NCBI RefSeq assembly: GCF_006345805.1
Contig: NW_021835680.1
Span: 1-50,712, forward strand
DNA length: 50,712 nucleotides
Reading direction: 5' to 3'
Source of the DNA: Octopus sinensis
Lineage: Eukaryota
In this document: positions 12,036-25,975 of the stretch, piece by piece
Position numbering within the stretch: the first letter of the stretch is position 1
Layout of the letters: each line of letters opens with the position of its first letter
Made by a program: the position numbers and the translations under genes
The notes under the pieces: model-generated
Database searches by the model: none
Seen by the model: the letters and a program-made list of their open reading frames with translations, nothing else
Told to the model about the DNA's origin: nothing

Positions 12036-12849
12036 CATAACAACAACAACAACAATAATAATAATAACAAAATAAAGATCAGTTAAATAGTGCAGGTGTT
12101 TTACTGGCAAAAATATGACCATCTCGGATAATAACAATATATGTTTCAACACATGGTTTCACATCAAGAATTTTACAAAACAAATATATAAATGTAAATA
12201 ATAAGGTTAGTTACAAGAAATGAACTGCTGCTCTTTCATCTATTTATGCAAAAGAAAGTCTTCAAATTTTCCAATGAAATGAAGTGAAATATTTTATCTA
12301 TGTGACTACTTTTAAGATTTTGTTGTTATTTTAGAAAGAAGTCTCTTCCCTGATTGTGTCTTCGACTGTAATCTATTCATTCTGACATCTTGTACACATG
12401 AATAAATAATAGAACAGTTTTGGTAAAAGAACCAAAAGTTCTTGAAATCTTGTGTTGCAAATGATTTAGCTCATTTACAACACTATCTTCACAAAACTAG
12501 TCACCTGATAACCGTTCTTCAGGTAAACAAGCTAGGTAAATAGACTTTTAGAGCTAGCAGGAAACAGGAAAGTCAACTGGGTGTGAATACGAAGTGAACC
12601 TCTGAAGAAGGATTAACCATCCGACATAGATTAACAATTAATGACTTCAAGATAAGAGCTTGATGGTCTTTGAAATGCAAGAAAATCCAGAGAAGGAACA
12701 TATGGAAACTATAAATTCTGTCAACCGGATTTAGGGAACAAGAAATACCAGAAGGCATTGAGGACAAAGATGAAGAAGAGGAGAGAGGGACTTGTAACAT
12801 AGAGGACAGCTGGGAATTTTTTTGGAGACAACTTGCTGCAAACCAAAGA

Positions 12850-12989
12850 CCAGAGCTGAGGACTATAATAGAAGACACTTGCCCAAGGTGCCACACAGTG
12901 GGACTGAACCCAGAACCATGTGGTTGGCAAGCAAGCTACACCTCTACCTATCTTCACATGTATTTGTAAAGATATATATATATATATAT

Positions 12990-13048
<59 letters not shown>

Positions 13049-13290
13049 ACATACACACACATACACATATATATATATATATATATACATATATCTTTTA
13101 TCTTTTACTTGCTTCAGTCATTAGACTATGGCCATACTGGAGCATCACCTACAAGAATTTTTAGTTCAATGAGTATAACTCTGGTTCTTATTGTATTGGC
13201 TTCTTTTGTCAAACCACTAAATTATGGGGAGGTCAACACACCAACACCGGTTGTCAAGCAGTGGGGGGGAAACACAGACACAAAGACCAG
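12850..13290 (-). mobile_element. Two SINE B fragments (head 12850-12948; tail 13093-13290) separated by TA/TG repeats
   Basis: Match to the full-length B copy at 21510-21928. Confidence 0.75.
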
Positions 13291-13416
13291 CCATAGAAAC
13301 CAAACCAAAATCAGACTGGAGCCTGGCACAGCTCTCCAGTTTACCAGTTCCAATCAAATTGTCTAACTCAGGAAGCATGGAAAATGGACACTAAATGATG
13401 ATGATGACGACGATGA

Positions 13417-13457
<41 letters not shown>

Positions 13458-13589
13458 AATCATTCCTTGTTGTGATGTTGAACTTATAAATGGTCTATGA
13501 CTATTTAATTTTTCCCACTAGGCCGCTGGTGCAAATAAATTCTACGAAATTTTTTGCCACCCTATATGATTAATTATTATATATATATA

Positions 13590-13832
13590 TATCTTATTAA
13601 TATTAGGGAAGTTATTTCCAAGTCCACAGAGGAGAGAAGGTCAATTTAGTGGTACAAAAAGGAATTACTCACAGTATTATATACATATAAATAGATAGGT
13701 TTAAGAGAGAGAATCACCCTCAAGCAACTCAATCATCATTGAATGACATTATCCACAACAGGCACATATAAGACTAAATATTAAAATTATCAAAATTAAT
13801 ACCTTCAATTCTTATTTCAAATCATATACTTT
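13590..13832. repeat. Unclassified interspersed repeat, copy 1 (copy 2 at 48597-48868)
   Basis: Long identical stretches, e.g. atacatataaatagataggtttaagagagagaatcaccctcaagcaactcaatcatcattgaatgacattatccacaa in both. Confidence 0.85.
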
Positions 13833-14447
13833 ACTACGCGTGCTTCATGACAACATATTCCTCGATATTGCTGAAATAGAATGTCTCTAAATACAATATC
13901 ATATTAAAATCAATATATTGCCAATCTTCAGGTCTAACATATTTGAACTTATTTTGCTATTTACATCTTATATAAAGACATGACAAACTAAAATTATGTA
14001 ACTAGAAGTTGTTGGAATAGATTTACTTTAGTAAATAATGAACAGAAATGTGGAATAAAAGTATGAAAAAGAAATGTTAGTAAAAAGAAATGTTAACTTA
14101 TATGTATGGTAATTTTCTCTCCATGAATTAAACATGGCTACCAGCAATCATAAAATCCAAGATTGAGAGTTACTATTTTGGAGAGATAATTCTTATTAAC
14201 ATTTAAAAGTTCTTAAAAGATATTTTCTATTATTTATAATAATAAGTCAGAAGAAGCCAGAAGTGAGTGTATGATGGGAATAGTCTTTTTTTTTCTTGGT
14301 TAATTTATTTTATTTAAATGTTAACTTTGATAAATAATAAATTTCTAGGTTGGTAAATAAGGTAAACTAAATTACTCAACTTATAATTTTAGAATCTTTA
14401 AAGTATTTTGAAATAAGTAAAAATTAGTAAAAATCAGTAAAGATTTA

Positions 14448-14510
<63 letters not shown>

Positions 14511-15209
14511 CAAACAGAAAGACAGATAGATTGATAGATAGATAGAGACATACATATATATATATATATATATATACACATACATAGATATACACACACA
14601 TATCCAACCCATGCCAGCAGGGAAAACGAACGTTACATGAAGCTAATGATAATCACACACACGCTCATATATATATATATAAATACATGTGTATCTTAGA
14701 TGAAGTTAAATATGTATGGTCAAAAGAATAGATATACATAAATCCTTAAATACTTCTCTGTATGTGTGTGTGTGTGTGTGTGTGTATAAGTGCACATTGA
14801 GAAAACAGTCACGTGCAAGGAAATGATATGATAAAGCATGTGACATCAGCCACACAGTTTTATCACTCTCCTGTTCTATAAAGTTGGAGAGATTGCTTCT
14901 TCTTGTTGTTGCTGTTATAACAACAAACAGACTTGGCATCCAAAAGCAGTTCTACACACGGATGATGGTGTCTTAATGGTAAATAACCAAAACTATTATA
15001 GAAAGATTTTATATAATTCGCAAAGAATTCAGAGGGGTCATCAAAGACAATTTAAAACCAGAAGTGGTTAGCTTCCTCATTATCTTGTTAAATGATGTAT
15101 TATCATTTAGCAGCTTCAGATAAATGGCTAGCAAGCAAATAACTTAGAGAAATGGACACTGACCATTTTAAGAAACATTTGACAGAGAATGTTAATAAAA
15201 GATTATGAT

Positions 15210-15612
15210 GGTACAGGAATGGCTGTGCGATAAGTAGCTTGCTTACCAAACCACATGGTTCTGGGTTCAGTCCCTCTGCGTGGAACCTTGGGCAAGTGTT
15301 TTCTACTATAGCTTTGGGCCAACCAAAGCCTTGTGAGTGGATTTGGTAGATGGAAACGGAAAGAAGCTAGTCGTATGTGTGTGTGTGTGTGTGTGTTTGT
15401 GTGTGTGTATGTTTGTGTGTCTGTATTTGTCCCCAACATCGCTTGACAACTGATGTTGGTGTGTTTACATCCCCATTAACTTAGCAGTTTGGCAAAAGAG
15501 ACCAATAGAATAAGTACTAGGTTTCCAAAGAATAAGTCTTGGGGTTGATTTGTTCGACTAAAGGCAGTGCTCCTGCATGGCCACAGTCAAATGATTGAAA
15601 CAAGTAAAAGAT
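15210..15612 (+). mobile_element. SINE family B, full length (a second, 5'-truncated copy follows at ~15633-15925)
   Basis: tRNA-like head tggctgtgcgataag...gggttcagtccc, central (TG)n, tail gcatggccacagtcaaatgattgaaacaagtaaaag. Confidence 0.9.
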
Positions 15613-16465
15613 TAAGTCCCACAACATAGCAGCTTGGGCAAGTGTCATCTACAATATCACTTTGGGCTGACTGAAGCCTTGTCTGTGGATTTAGTAGACA
15701 GAAACTGAAAAGAAGCCTGTCATATATGTGTGTGTGTGTGTGTGCATGTGTCTTTCACAATTATTGTTGGTGTGTTTAAGCTCTGTAACTCAGCAGTTCA
15801 GCAAAGGAGACATATAGAATAAGTACCAAGTTTAATAAATAGAATTAATACTGGCGTCAATTCATTCAATTAGAATTCTCCAAGACAATGACTGCAGCAT
15901 GGCCACAGTCTAATGAGGGAAATAAGCAAAAGGTAAAAAGAGGCAAGTATGTTTGCAGTGGGGGGGGGTGAGCGTTGGAGAATGCTGGTCATTCCTATAA
16001 CAAGCCAAACAAAAAATGACATCAGATCCAATGACACAAAATGCCAAATTCCTTCAAGTTTATGCTAACACTGAAAGAATTAGAACATAATTGAAGAATT
16101 TGCTGATTTTAAGGGCAATATTATAACAATCATCATCGTCATCATTATTATCACCATCATCATCATCATCATTGTTATTACCACAATTATTGTCATCATC
16201 AGTCTCATCATCATCTTCATCATCACCACTGGCATTTTTGCATTCACAATTTTTTACTGGTAAGAGTCAGACGGATTTTCTGAGTCAGTGTTTTTCAGTG
16301 GGATGCTCTTCCTGTCACCAACATACTTTATGCAAAACCTATTACAATACACATGAACATGTCATGCCTATTCTGTAGCTAGGATATGTACAAGGGATGT
16401 GTTGCTCTCTCGGGTTTTCAGGGACAATTAACTGATAGACTCACAAAGAATATACACCATATGTA

Positions 16466-16522
<57 letters not shown>

Positions 16523-17615
16523 TACACATATATACATATATGTATGCACATATATATATACATATATATATATACATATAAACACACACACACACACACA
16601 CATATATACTTACATACATGTATGGTATAGATTTAGAAGTTTGTATATGTGTTTGTTTTATACATGAAGTTGATTTATTAAAGGATTTTGGTAATAAAGA
16701 ATTTGGTAATTACTGAGCATTGTTTATCTTCTATTTTGTAAATAATCCATTGGGATCTTTATTCTGTGAGTATGTGTGTGTGGCAGGGAGGGGAGGCTGG
16801 ATTTTCATGTTAAGGAAATTAGATAATTTTCTTCGAAAATGATTAGTTGGGTGTGTGTATGTATGTATGTATGTATGTATGTATGTATGTATGTATGTAT
16901 GAAGATTGTAGTTGTGTGTGCTTACACACACACACACACATACAGGCTTGTGTTTGTGCGTATATTAACACAAACACACGTGTGCAAATATATGATGTAA
17001 TTCCGAATAAGTTATATAATGACACTCTTAGTATTGATAACGACGACAACAACAATAACAACAACAACAACAGAGGGAAAAAGAAGATGTGATATAATGC
17101 AATAATGGAAGTGTGAACTAACATTTAATATATTAATGGGATCACTTTATATATTATTGCAATCACTACATATCGCTTATATGTTAAGTAAACACACATA
17201 CACACATATATATATATATAGATATACACAATATAAATAAACCTGTATATGTGTGTTGAGAGTGTGTGCATGTGTATATATGTATATATATATTTGTAAA
17301 ACTTACATATATATGTGTATATATATATATATAAAGCTGTCTGTCTTTTCCCTATATGTTCATATACATCTAAAATATATATATAAATATATAAACGTCT
17401 CTTTCTAGATATATGTGTGTATGTGTGTGTATTTATATAAATATATGTATGTATATTTATGCTTATTAATATTATATATATATATATATAACATAATATA
17501 TGTATTATATATGCATATGTATGCATATATGTATATTTATAATATTTATATATATATATAGATATATATATATATATTTATATATATGTATAAATATATA
17601 TATATATATATGTGT

Positions 17616-17647
<32 letters not shown>

Positions 17648-17741
17648 CATATATATATACATATATATATATATAATATTCATATATATACATATAAATA
17701 TATGTCTGTATGTATGTATATACATATATATCTATATATGT

Positions 17742-17781
<40 letters not shown>

Positions 17782-18374
17782 ATATATATGGAAAATATTG
17801 GAATTAATGGTTACAAGTACAACATACCATAAAAATAAAAGAATAAAGTGGACAAAGGCAATAGATTTATGGTTAATCCCCAATAGATTACTTTTTAAAC
17901 TGTCAGTTAATAGACCTGAAAATACTTAAGCCCTTAAAGCTGTACATGACAATTTTAATAAATATCTCTTTGTTGCAACAAACTTTCTCCCTCTTCTCAC
18001 CCCCAACACCACCACCACCACCACCTCCTTTTTTCACATTCTCCACATACATACAAGGGTTAAACGGTTATTATATACAGATGTTAATAAGAGATCAATA
18101 ATAAATATTTGTGATTTTGGTTTGTTTTTTTTTATAATTTAATTTAATTTCTGTTCTTGTTTTTTTTTTGTTTTTTTTACTTTACAGTTTCCAGTATATT
18201 TCCAATAAATTTCGTGATTAATTTTTAGCCAACAAATAAAAACATTAGTATTATTTTACAGCTCTATGACATATCATAAAAACTGAAGAAGCCGACATAG
18301 GAGAGTTAAACTAATAATTTCACACTAAATTATTCTCTCTAAGACCTATGTATATTCATTACGTATATATATAT

Positions 18375-18405
<31 letters not shown>

Positions 18406-18615
18406 CATATATATATACATACACACACATATATATATACATACACCACATATATAGGCAATATACATACATATATAACAACATATATATACATATACAC
18501 ACACACATATATATATATACATATACACACACACGTATATATACACATATATAGATAGATAGATAGATACATGCATACATACATACATACATATATACAC
18601 ACACACACACACACA

Positions 18616-18658
<43 letters not shown>

Positions 18659-18662
<4 letters not shown>

Positions 18663-19945
18663 GTCATCTGATAAGTTCTGTCCGATTTTACCATTTTTAA
18701 AAATTGAATGAAATTTAATAGTATTTTAGAATGTCTAATGGAATTAAAAATTATTTTTATGCATTTGTCTACATTAAAATATTATTTTATAGAATAACAG
18801 AATTAAAATTTATTTGATTAAAACCCTTTCTAACAAGGAAGTATCCAAAGAGCATTTAAGGCACATAATGCTTTATGAGTACAAAAAAGGAAACTCCTCA
18901 GCTGAAGCAACTTGAAACACATTCAGTTTATGGGAAAGAATGCTTGAATGAAAGAACTTTCAGAAGATGGTTTGCAAAATTCAGAAGTAGCGATTTCAGC
19001 CTTGAAGATGAAGATCGAACAGGACGTCCTGTTGAGTTTGATGATAAGCTCCTTGAGGCATTACTGGAAGAAAATCTTGCATGAGCAGTTGAAGAATTGG
19101 CAATAAAGCTGAGTTAAAACCATACAACTGTTCATCATCATCTTCAACAACTTGGAAAGATTCCTAAACTTGGAAAATGGATGTCTCATGAATTGTCCAA
19201 AAGCAACCACAAATCCCGAGTTGACCTCAGCTTTTCTCTCCATCCTCGTGAACTCATTTCACCCCTTTTGGATAGACTTGTGACTGGTGATGAAAAATGG
19301 ATCTTCTATCGAAATGTTAAACGTCGTAAACAGTGGCTTGGTAAAAGGGAAAAAGCTCAACCACAACCAAGAAGGGAACTTCATGGGAAAAAGGTTTTTT
19401 TCTCTATCTGGTAGGATTGCAAAGGAGTAATTCCCTTTAAATTGGTACCACCTAATGCAACAATCAAAGTTCAAGTCTACTGCCAGCAATTAGAGCATCT
19501 GTACCAAGCTTTGAAGAAAAAAAGACCTGCTTTAGTGAATCAAAAAGGAGTGATGTTTCATCAGGACAATGCATGACCCCCACACTGCAAAGATCGCATC
19601 ACAGAAGATCGAAGAGCTTGGTTGGGAAAAAATTCTTCATCCACCTTATTCTCCTGACCTTGCTCCTTCAGACAAACCATTTGTTTCGTAGTTTACAGAA
19701 TCATTTGGGGGACATAACTTTCGTAACCCAGGAGGAGGTCGAAACTGACATTTCAGTGTTCTTCGCTTTGCAACCAAAAGACTTTTACATGATGGGATTA
19801 AAAAACTTCTAAATAGATGGAAGGCAGTCATAGATAACCAGGGAAAGTACATTGATGATTAAATTTCAATTAAATATAACATTTAATCACTTGTTTTCCT
19901 TATTCAAAATTCAAAGCGCCGAAAATATTTTGGCAAATTAAATTT
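18659..19945 (+). mobile_element. Mariner (DD34D) DNA transposon, decayed, inserted at a (TA)n tract
   Basis: Left TIR-like tcaggtcatctgataagttctgtccgatttt follows (TA)n. The right end is degenerate and its boundary approximate. Confidence 0.85.
18835..19862 (+). pseudogene. Mariner transposase pseudogene
   Basis: Motifs: RHIMLYEYKKG, RRWFAKFRSSDFSLEDEDRTGRP (HTH), WMSHEL, TGDEKW, HQDNA, HPPYSPDLAPSD, RWKAVIDNQGKYIDD*. Several stops and frameshifts; start codon appears mutated to AAG. Confidence 0.95.
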
Positions 19946-20934
19946 AAATGTTGGAGTGAATCTAATAATTTTTGTGTGTTTTTAAATGGCTTATAAACAC
20001 CTTCCACACAGCAATTGTTTTTGTTTCAGCACATGATCACAGATCACTTGACAAGCTATGCAAGTACATCTCTGTTTTCTTCTTCTTTTTCTTCTTCTTC
20101 TTCTTCTTCTTATTATTATTATTATTATTATTATTATCATTATTATATGAGTGTGCCTTTCCGCTTGTTTCTTACCACTGCTTGTCAATTGAGTCACTTA
20201 ACTAAATTCTTCATTCCTTAAAAAATTAATTGTTACAAGAACAACATATTTTAACAGAAATATGGTAATGAAGTGGTTAAGGGGTGGCCAAAGTTAGGAC
20301 ATCTTTGACCATAGTCAGGAAGACTAAGGGGCTAAACTATGGCATCCTGACATTGGCATCATGACTGCAAGTTCAATCCTTCAGCAATGCTCACAACAAT
20401 GTAAACTTCTAGAAAACAACAACAACAACAATAACTACTTGTTAATATTTTGATAAAATAAGAACCGAAATTGCTGGCCTTGTGCCAAAATTTGATATCA
20501 ATATTTCGTATTGTTATTTCTTAAAGAATTTTCTTTGTTCAAAAGGAACAGAAACATTAATTTCTGACAGCTCTGAATGGTAAAAGAACAAAAAAAAACC
20601 CTCTTCAACAGTAGTTTAACCTTCCACGACCCTTTTAATCAACAGTTTTCCTGTAAAAGATAACAAGTGGAGTGAAATGGGGAAGGTGTGGGGGCTGCTT
20701 CCAAGAAATCAGAAGAATTGAGCAGTCGAAAAGGTTACACAAACATTTTGACACCTCAAGAAAGAAATGGAAAGTGAGTATAACACTTTTTGTGAATTCT
20801 TAAATGGTTAAACTGGTTCTTTCACAAGGTAATTGCTATTTCAAATAAAATATGCTTTGTAGGAAAACACATTCTTTGTAGCATACTGACATGCACGCAT
20901 GCACGATATCTTTCTCACAAACACGTATGCATAT

Positions 20935-21290
20935 GCACCTGCAGGATGTCTTTTTGACACACAGACACATACATACACGCATACACACTCACCTGCACGG
21001 TACTTGCCTGATACGTACACATACATGCACACATGCACACACACTCACATGCACAGTACTTGCCTGATACATAAACATACATGCACACATACTCACTCAC
21101 TCACATGCACAGTACTTGCTCGATACGTACACATACATGCACACATGCACACATGCACACATGCACACACACTCACATGCACAGTACTTGCCTGATACAT
21201 ACACATACATGCACACATACTCACTCACATGCACAGTACTTGCCTGATACATACACATACATGCACACACGCATGCACGCAGTGTATTTC
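20935..21290. repeat. Compound minisatellite, ~6 units of 52-71 bp around gcacagtacttgcctgatac
   Basis: gtacttgc recurs at ~21000, 21056, 21112, 21184, 21236. Confidence 0.85.
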
Positions 21291-21384
21291 TGATCTAAAC
21301 GCAAAAGTTTGTATATATATATATATATTTGCAAATGAACACATTCATACATACACTTAGCTATCAATACAGACAGCCATAAAG

Positions 21385-21505
21385 TGGCAAGATGGCAGAA
21401 CCATTACCACGCTGGGTGAAATGCTTAGCTGTATCTCATCTGCCGTTGTGTTATGAGTTCAAATTCCACCAAGGTCGACTTTGCCTTTCATCCTTTCAGG
21501 ATCGA
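21385..21505 (+). mobile_element. SINE A 5' half
   Basis: tggcagaacc...gaaatgcttagc...gagttcaaattccaccaaggtcgactttgcctttcatcc. Confidence 0.75.
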
Positions 21506-21509
21506 TTAA

Positions 21510-21721
21510 ATACTCTTTTACTCTTTTATTTGTTTCCGTCATTTGACTGTGGTCATGCTAGAGCACCACCTTTAGTAGAGCAAAATTAACCCCAGGACTT
21601 ATTCTTTGTAAGCCTAGTACTTATTCTATCGGTCTCTTTTGCCGAACTGCTAGGTTATGGGGTGTAAACACACCAGCATTGGTTGTCAAGCGATGTTGGG
21701 GGGACAAACACAGACACACAA

Positions 21722-21758
<37 letters not shown>

Positions 21759-21928
21759 CATATAAACGACGGGCTTCTTTCAGTTTCCGTCTACCAAATC
21801 CACTCACAAGGCTTTGGTCGGCCCGAGGCTATAGTAGAAGACACTTGCCCAAGGTGCCATGCAGTGGGACTGAACCAAGAACCATGTGGTTGGTAAGCAA
21901 GCTACTTACCACACAGCCACTCCTGCAC
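21510..21928 (-). mobile_element. SINE family B, full length, low divergence
   Basis: Reverse complement of the 49205-49605 copy over its whole length. Confidence 0.92.
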
Positions 21929-22736
21929 CCATTTTTTGTTTATTTTTGGTCATTTTTTTGTTTATTTTTCTTCTTTTTTTTTGCTAAATAAACTCACACA
22001 CTATATAGTCATTCTTCACTCATTTATTATTGTTCTTATTCAAACTCATGTCCAATATCTGGAAATCTTTCATCACACCTCTGTGACCTCCTCAGCAGCA
22101 CTTTCCATTGTCATGTGTGCTTTTCTTGCTCTGCTTATTCCATTCTCTCTTATTTAATAATTTTTACACAACAAAGCAAGGAGGTTCATACTTTCACAAA
22201 GAAAGAATAAAAAAATACAAACAGAAAAGTAAAACAGTATTTGCATATTAAATAAATAAATATATAATTTCCCTGGTGTAATATTCCATGAAAAACCAAA
22301 TTATTATCATCATCATCATCATTATTATGCCAAAAACTATTATTACTGTTTATGTTATAATTATTATTGTTATTATTATTGTTCTTGTTGTTTAGGTTTT
22401 CTTGGCTCTAATTTTAAAATTCCTTATTGCTAATCATTTGCAGTAAAATAAAATAAAATAATATAATAAAAAAAATAATAAAACTTCTTCCCTTTACCTA
22501 ATTATATTTTCAATTGATTCATTTCAATTTTTTTTTTTTTTTGTTTCCGTCCCGGCAGATATTTTAAATGAATTATTTAAATTGTTCTATTTTGTTTTGT
22601 GTTTATTCTAGGGTGTTTTGTTTAATATTTTGTTTCTGAAATATAAGTTGACAGAAAATAAAATATAAATTTGCGAAATATTGGACAAACTTGTCAAATA
22701 AATAGTAAATAAGGAATAATAATTATAATAATAATG

Positions 22737-22782
<46 letters not shown>

Positions 22783-22783
<1 letters not shown>

Positions 22784-22995
22784 CCTTTCTAATACAGGCA
22801 CAGGGCCTGAAATTTGGGGGAGGGGGTTAAGTTGATTATATCGACCCCTGTGCTCAACTGGTACTTAATTTTATTGACCCTGAAAGGACAAATTGGAAAG
22901 TTGACCTCGGCGGAATTCAGAATGTAAAGACAGGTGAAATATTGTTAAGTATTTTACCCAGCATTTTGCTCACTAGTCTACTAGTTTACCACCTT
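22783..22995 (-). mobile_element. SINE A within a (TAA)n tract
   Basis: Family A core; (TAA)n on both sides. Confidence 0.8.
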
Positions 22996-23014
22996 GATGA
23001 TGATTATGATGATG

Positions 23015-23045
<31 letters not shown>

Positions 23046-23056
23046 TATTAATAATG

Positions 23057-23091
<35 letters not shown>

Positions 23092-23101
23092 TAATAATAA
23101 A

Positions 23102-23633
23102 TGCCCTGATGCAGTACCAGGCAGTGGCTCTCGTGGCTTCTGATCTTAACTGATTGCAAGTGTTATCATGTACTTTGTTTTGTCTTGGTATAAAAGATGG
23201 GTTACAGCAAATATTCTACTCAATACCACAGATTTGCTTGTCAGTTGTTTGACCATAACCAGTTGAGCATGTCCCTTAGTGGCTGACGATATGCGCATCT
23301 CTGACCATGAGCAGAAGTAGTGGGGAAGCATCATAGCCATGAGTTGAGAGGGATTCTTTGGAGTTTGAATAATTCCCCTCAGGAAACATGGGTGTTTTAT
23401 TCAACATCCTTAAACAACATGGGTTACTCAACCAGAAGAAAATTCTAACTTGACTCCCCACCTGCAAGGTCATGTGCTGTTTATCTTGATATTAGAACAC
23501 CATGTCGCGCACATACGGTTGTGATGCATGTGCCTGATGTAACCTTATCAGATGGGTAGTCATGATGGGTATACTGGGCTTCGTATAATTGTACCCCAGT
23601 GTCACTTTGATGGCATGCACTGCTCTCTCACTC
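23102..23633 (+). mobile_element. ~530-bp non-autonomous (TAA)n-embedded element ('F'), copy 1
   Basis: Starts tgccctgatgcagtaccaggcagtgg, ends ctgctctctcactc(aat)n; homologous to 36527-37078 and 37104-37718. Confidence 0.85.
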
Positions 23634-23690
23634 AATAATAATAATAATAATAACAAAAGTAGTACTATTACTACTACTAATAATAATAAT

Positions 23691-23897
23691 CCTTTCTACT
23701 ATGGGCACAAGACCCGAAATTTGGGAGAGGGGGTAATCACATCAACCCCAGCATGCAACTGGTACTTATTTTATTGACCCTGAGAGGATGAAAGGTGTAG
23801 TCAACCTTGGTGAAATTTGAACTCAGAACAAGAAGATACATGAAATACCACTAAGCTTTTTGCACGACATGCTGACGATTCTGCCAGCTCATTGCCT
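23691..23897 (-). mobile_element. SINE A within a (TAA)n tract
   Basis: Family A core. Confidence 0.8.
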
Positions 23898-24229
23898 TAT
23901 TAATGATAATAATAATAATAATCATTTGTCACCTGTAATTAACAGCTATGATAAAAATTATTATAATAATGGTATTTAGTGTTATATAATCAATGTTGAT
24001 GATGATGATGATGATAACTGTGGTAGTGGTGATGCTGATGGTGGTGGAGGTGGTGATAACAAAAACAACATTGTCAACAACAATAACAACAATATCGGTA
24101 TGTATTCTGGTTGGCACTGAAAGCAAGGTAGGGGCCAAAGAAAACTTAGTTTCTCTTACAATTGATATTTCTTTTGTTTTTTACAGATATCAGTCACAGG
24201 ACTGCAACCATGCTGGAGCACTATAGTAA

Positions 24230-24650
24230 GGGAACCAGTGAAGAACCCATACAGCCAATGAAGGATGTAGAGAACTAAGAAGGGGCACAGAGAGTCAAGG
24301 AGATACCTGGAGAGTCAAGAAGATAGATGCAGAGTCAAGGAGATGCTTGAAGAGTCAAGGACGGACCAAGAGAACCAAGAATAGACTCATAGAGCTAACA
24401 AGGGGCCAAGAGAGCCAATGAGGACCCAGGGAACCAAAGAAGTGCTCAGAGAGTCGAAGAGGGACTCAGAGTCAAGAAGGGATCAAAGAACTAGGGAGGG
24501 ACCAAGAAACCCAAGGAGGAGTTCAAAGAGAGTCAAAGAGAGGCTCAGAGAACTAAGGAGGGAACCGGAGAGCAAATAAGGGGTTCACAGAGTCCAAGAG
24601 AAGCCAGAGAGTCAAGAAGGAGTTCAAAGAGTGAAAGGAGAGGGTTCATG
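24230..24650. repeat. Highly diverged purine-rich minisatellite, ~20-bp period (consensus approx. cAGAGAGTCAAGgAGggact)
   Basis: About 20 units of 18-21 bp, e.g. cagagagtcaaggagatacc / tggagagtcaagaagataga / tgcagagtcaaggagatgct. Confidence 0.75.
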
Positions 24651-25141
24651 ACACTCTACTAAGTCCCTACGAAAAACCCCACATGAAACCAGTGAAGTGA
24701 TGAGGGAGTTGGGCACCAACTGCTCTCTCTCGCTTGGCCAGTATTTGAACATGGAATTGCAATATTTAAATCAAAGTTATTTCACTATTTATGAAGAATT
24801 TGTTTACAGTATTTCTATTGGAACAGTAATTTTCCATTGACAAACTGTTTAAATAACATTAACACTAAATTTACATGCCACACTTTCAGATATACTTTTA
24901 AAAGCTAAAGGCATCGACAACAATGACAAATATACACACACAAAAAAAAAGAGAGAATAACTTATATATATATATATATGTATATATATGTGTATGTGTA
25001 TATATGTATATATGTATGTGTATGTATGTAAATATATATAATATATATATATATATGTGTGTGTGTTGTGTATATTATATATGTATGTATGTGTGTGTGT
25101 GTATATATATGTATATATGTATGTGTGTATATATATGTGTG

Positions 25142-25190
<49 letters not shown>

Positions 25191-25211
25191 TATATATATA
25201 TATATATATAC

Positions 25212-25253
<42 letters not shown>

Positions 25254-25939
25254 GTATATATATATAATATATATATGTATATATATATATATATATACAT
25301 ACATATGTATACAGAACACAATAGCAAAATGCAAACAAAACTTCCATTGAATAAGTCATTAAGTATTTGTAAATCATACCAGAACCACAACCATTAGCAC
25401 CATCAACGCCATCGCCACACACACACATACACAACACACACACACACACACACGCACACACACACACACATACACACACACGCACACGCACACACACATA
25501 ATGAGAGTTTTGACTGCAAAACCACTGGAAAAATTGTAGGAGGGATTTAACAAAATAATAATAATTCCCACTTAGATTATGGTTGGATACAAGGGAAAAA
25601 TATTAAATGTCAAAGGTTAATTAAATAATAAACATTTGAAGGAGGAAAACGGAGAGAGGATTTTCAAAATGGGAGAGTGTATTTAAGTGTGTAATGTGTG
25701 TGTGTGTGTGTGTGTGTGGTAGGGGATTATAGGTGGATGTGTATAGTTTGGGTTCTGTCTCTGTCTCTCTGTCTCTCCTTAACTATCGTCCACTTTTAGT
25801 TTACGTGTATATGTATACTGATATATATATATATATATGTGTGTGTGTGTATGTATGTATGTATGTATGTATTTATATATAGATATATATATGTATATGC
25901 ATGTATATGTTGAATATATATGTATATATATATATGATT

Positions 25940-25975
<36 letters not shown>

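Noticed and set aside
19900-19945. Exact right TIR and TA TSD of the mariner element
   Set aside because: Does not match the left TIR well enough to define the boundary.
20660-20772. Plus-strand exon-like segment ending in AAA|GTGAGT
   Set aside because: Isolated, on the opposite strand to the other candidates, peptide not recognisable.
23102-23125. Resemblance of the element F start (tgcagtacc) to the U2 snRNA 3' end
   Set aside because: Only ~9 matching bases and none of the conserved U2 5' region.
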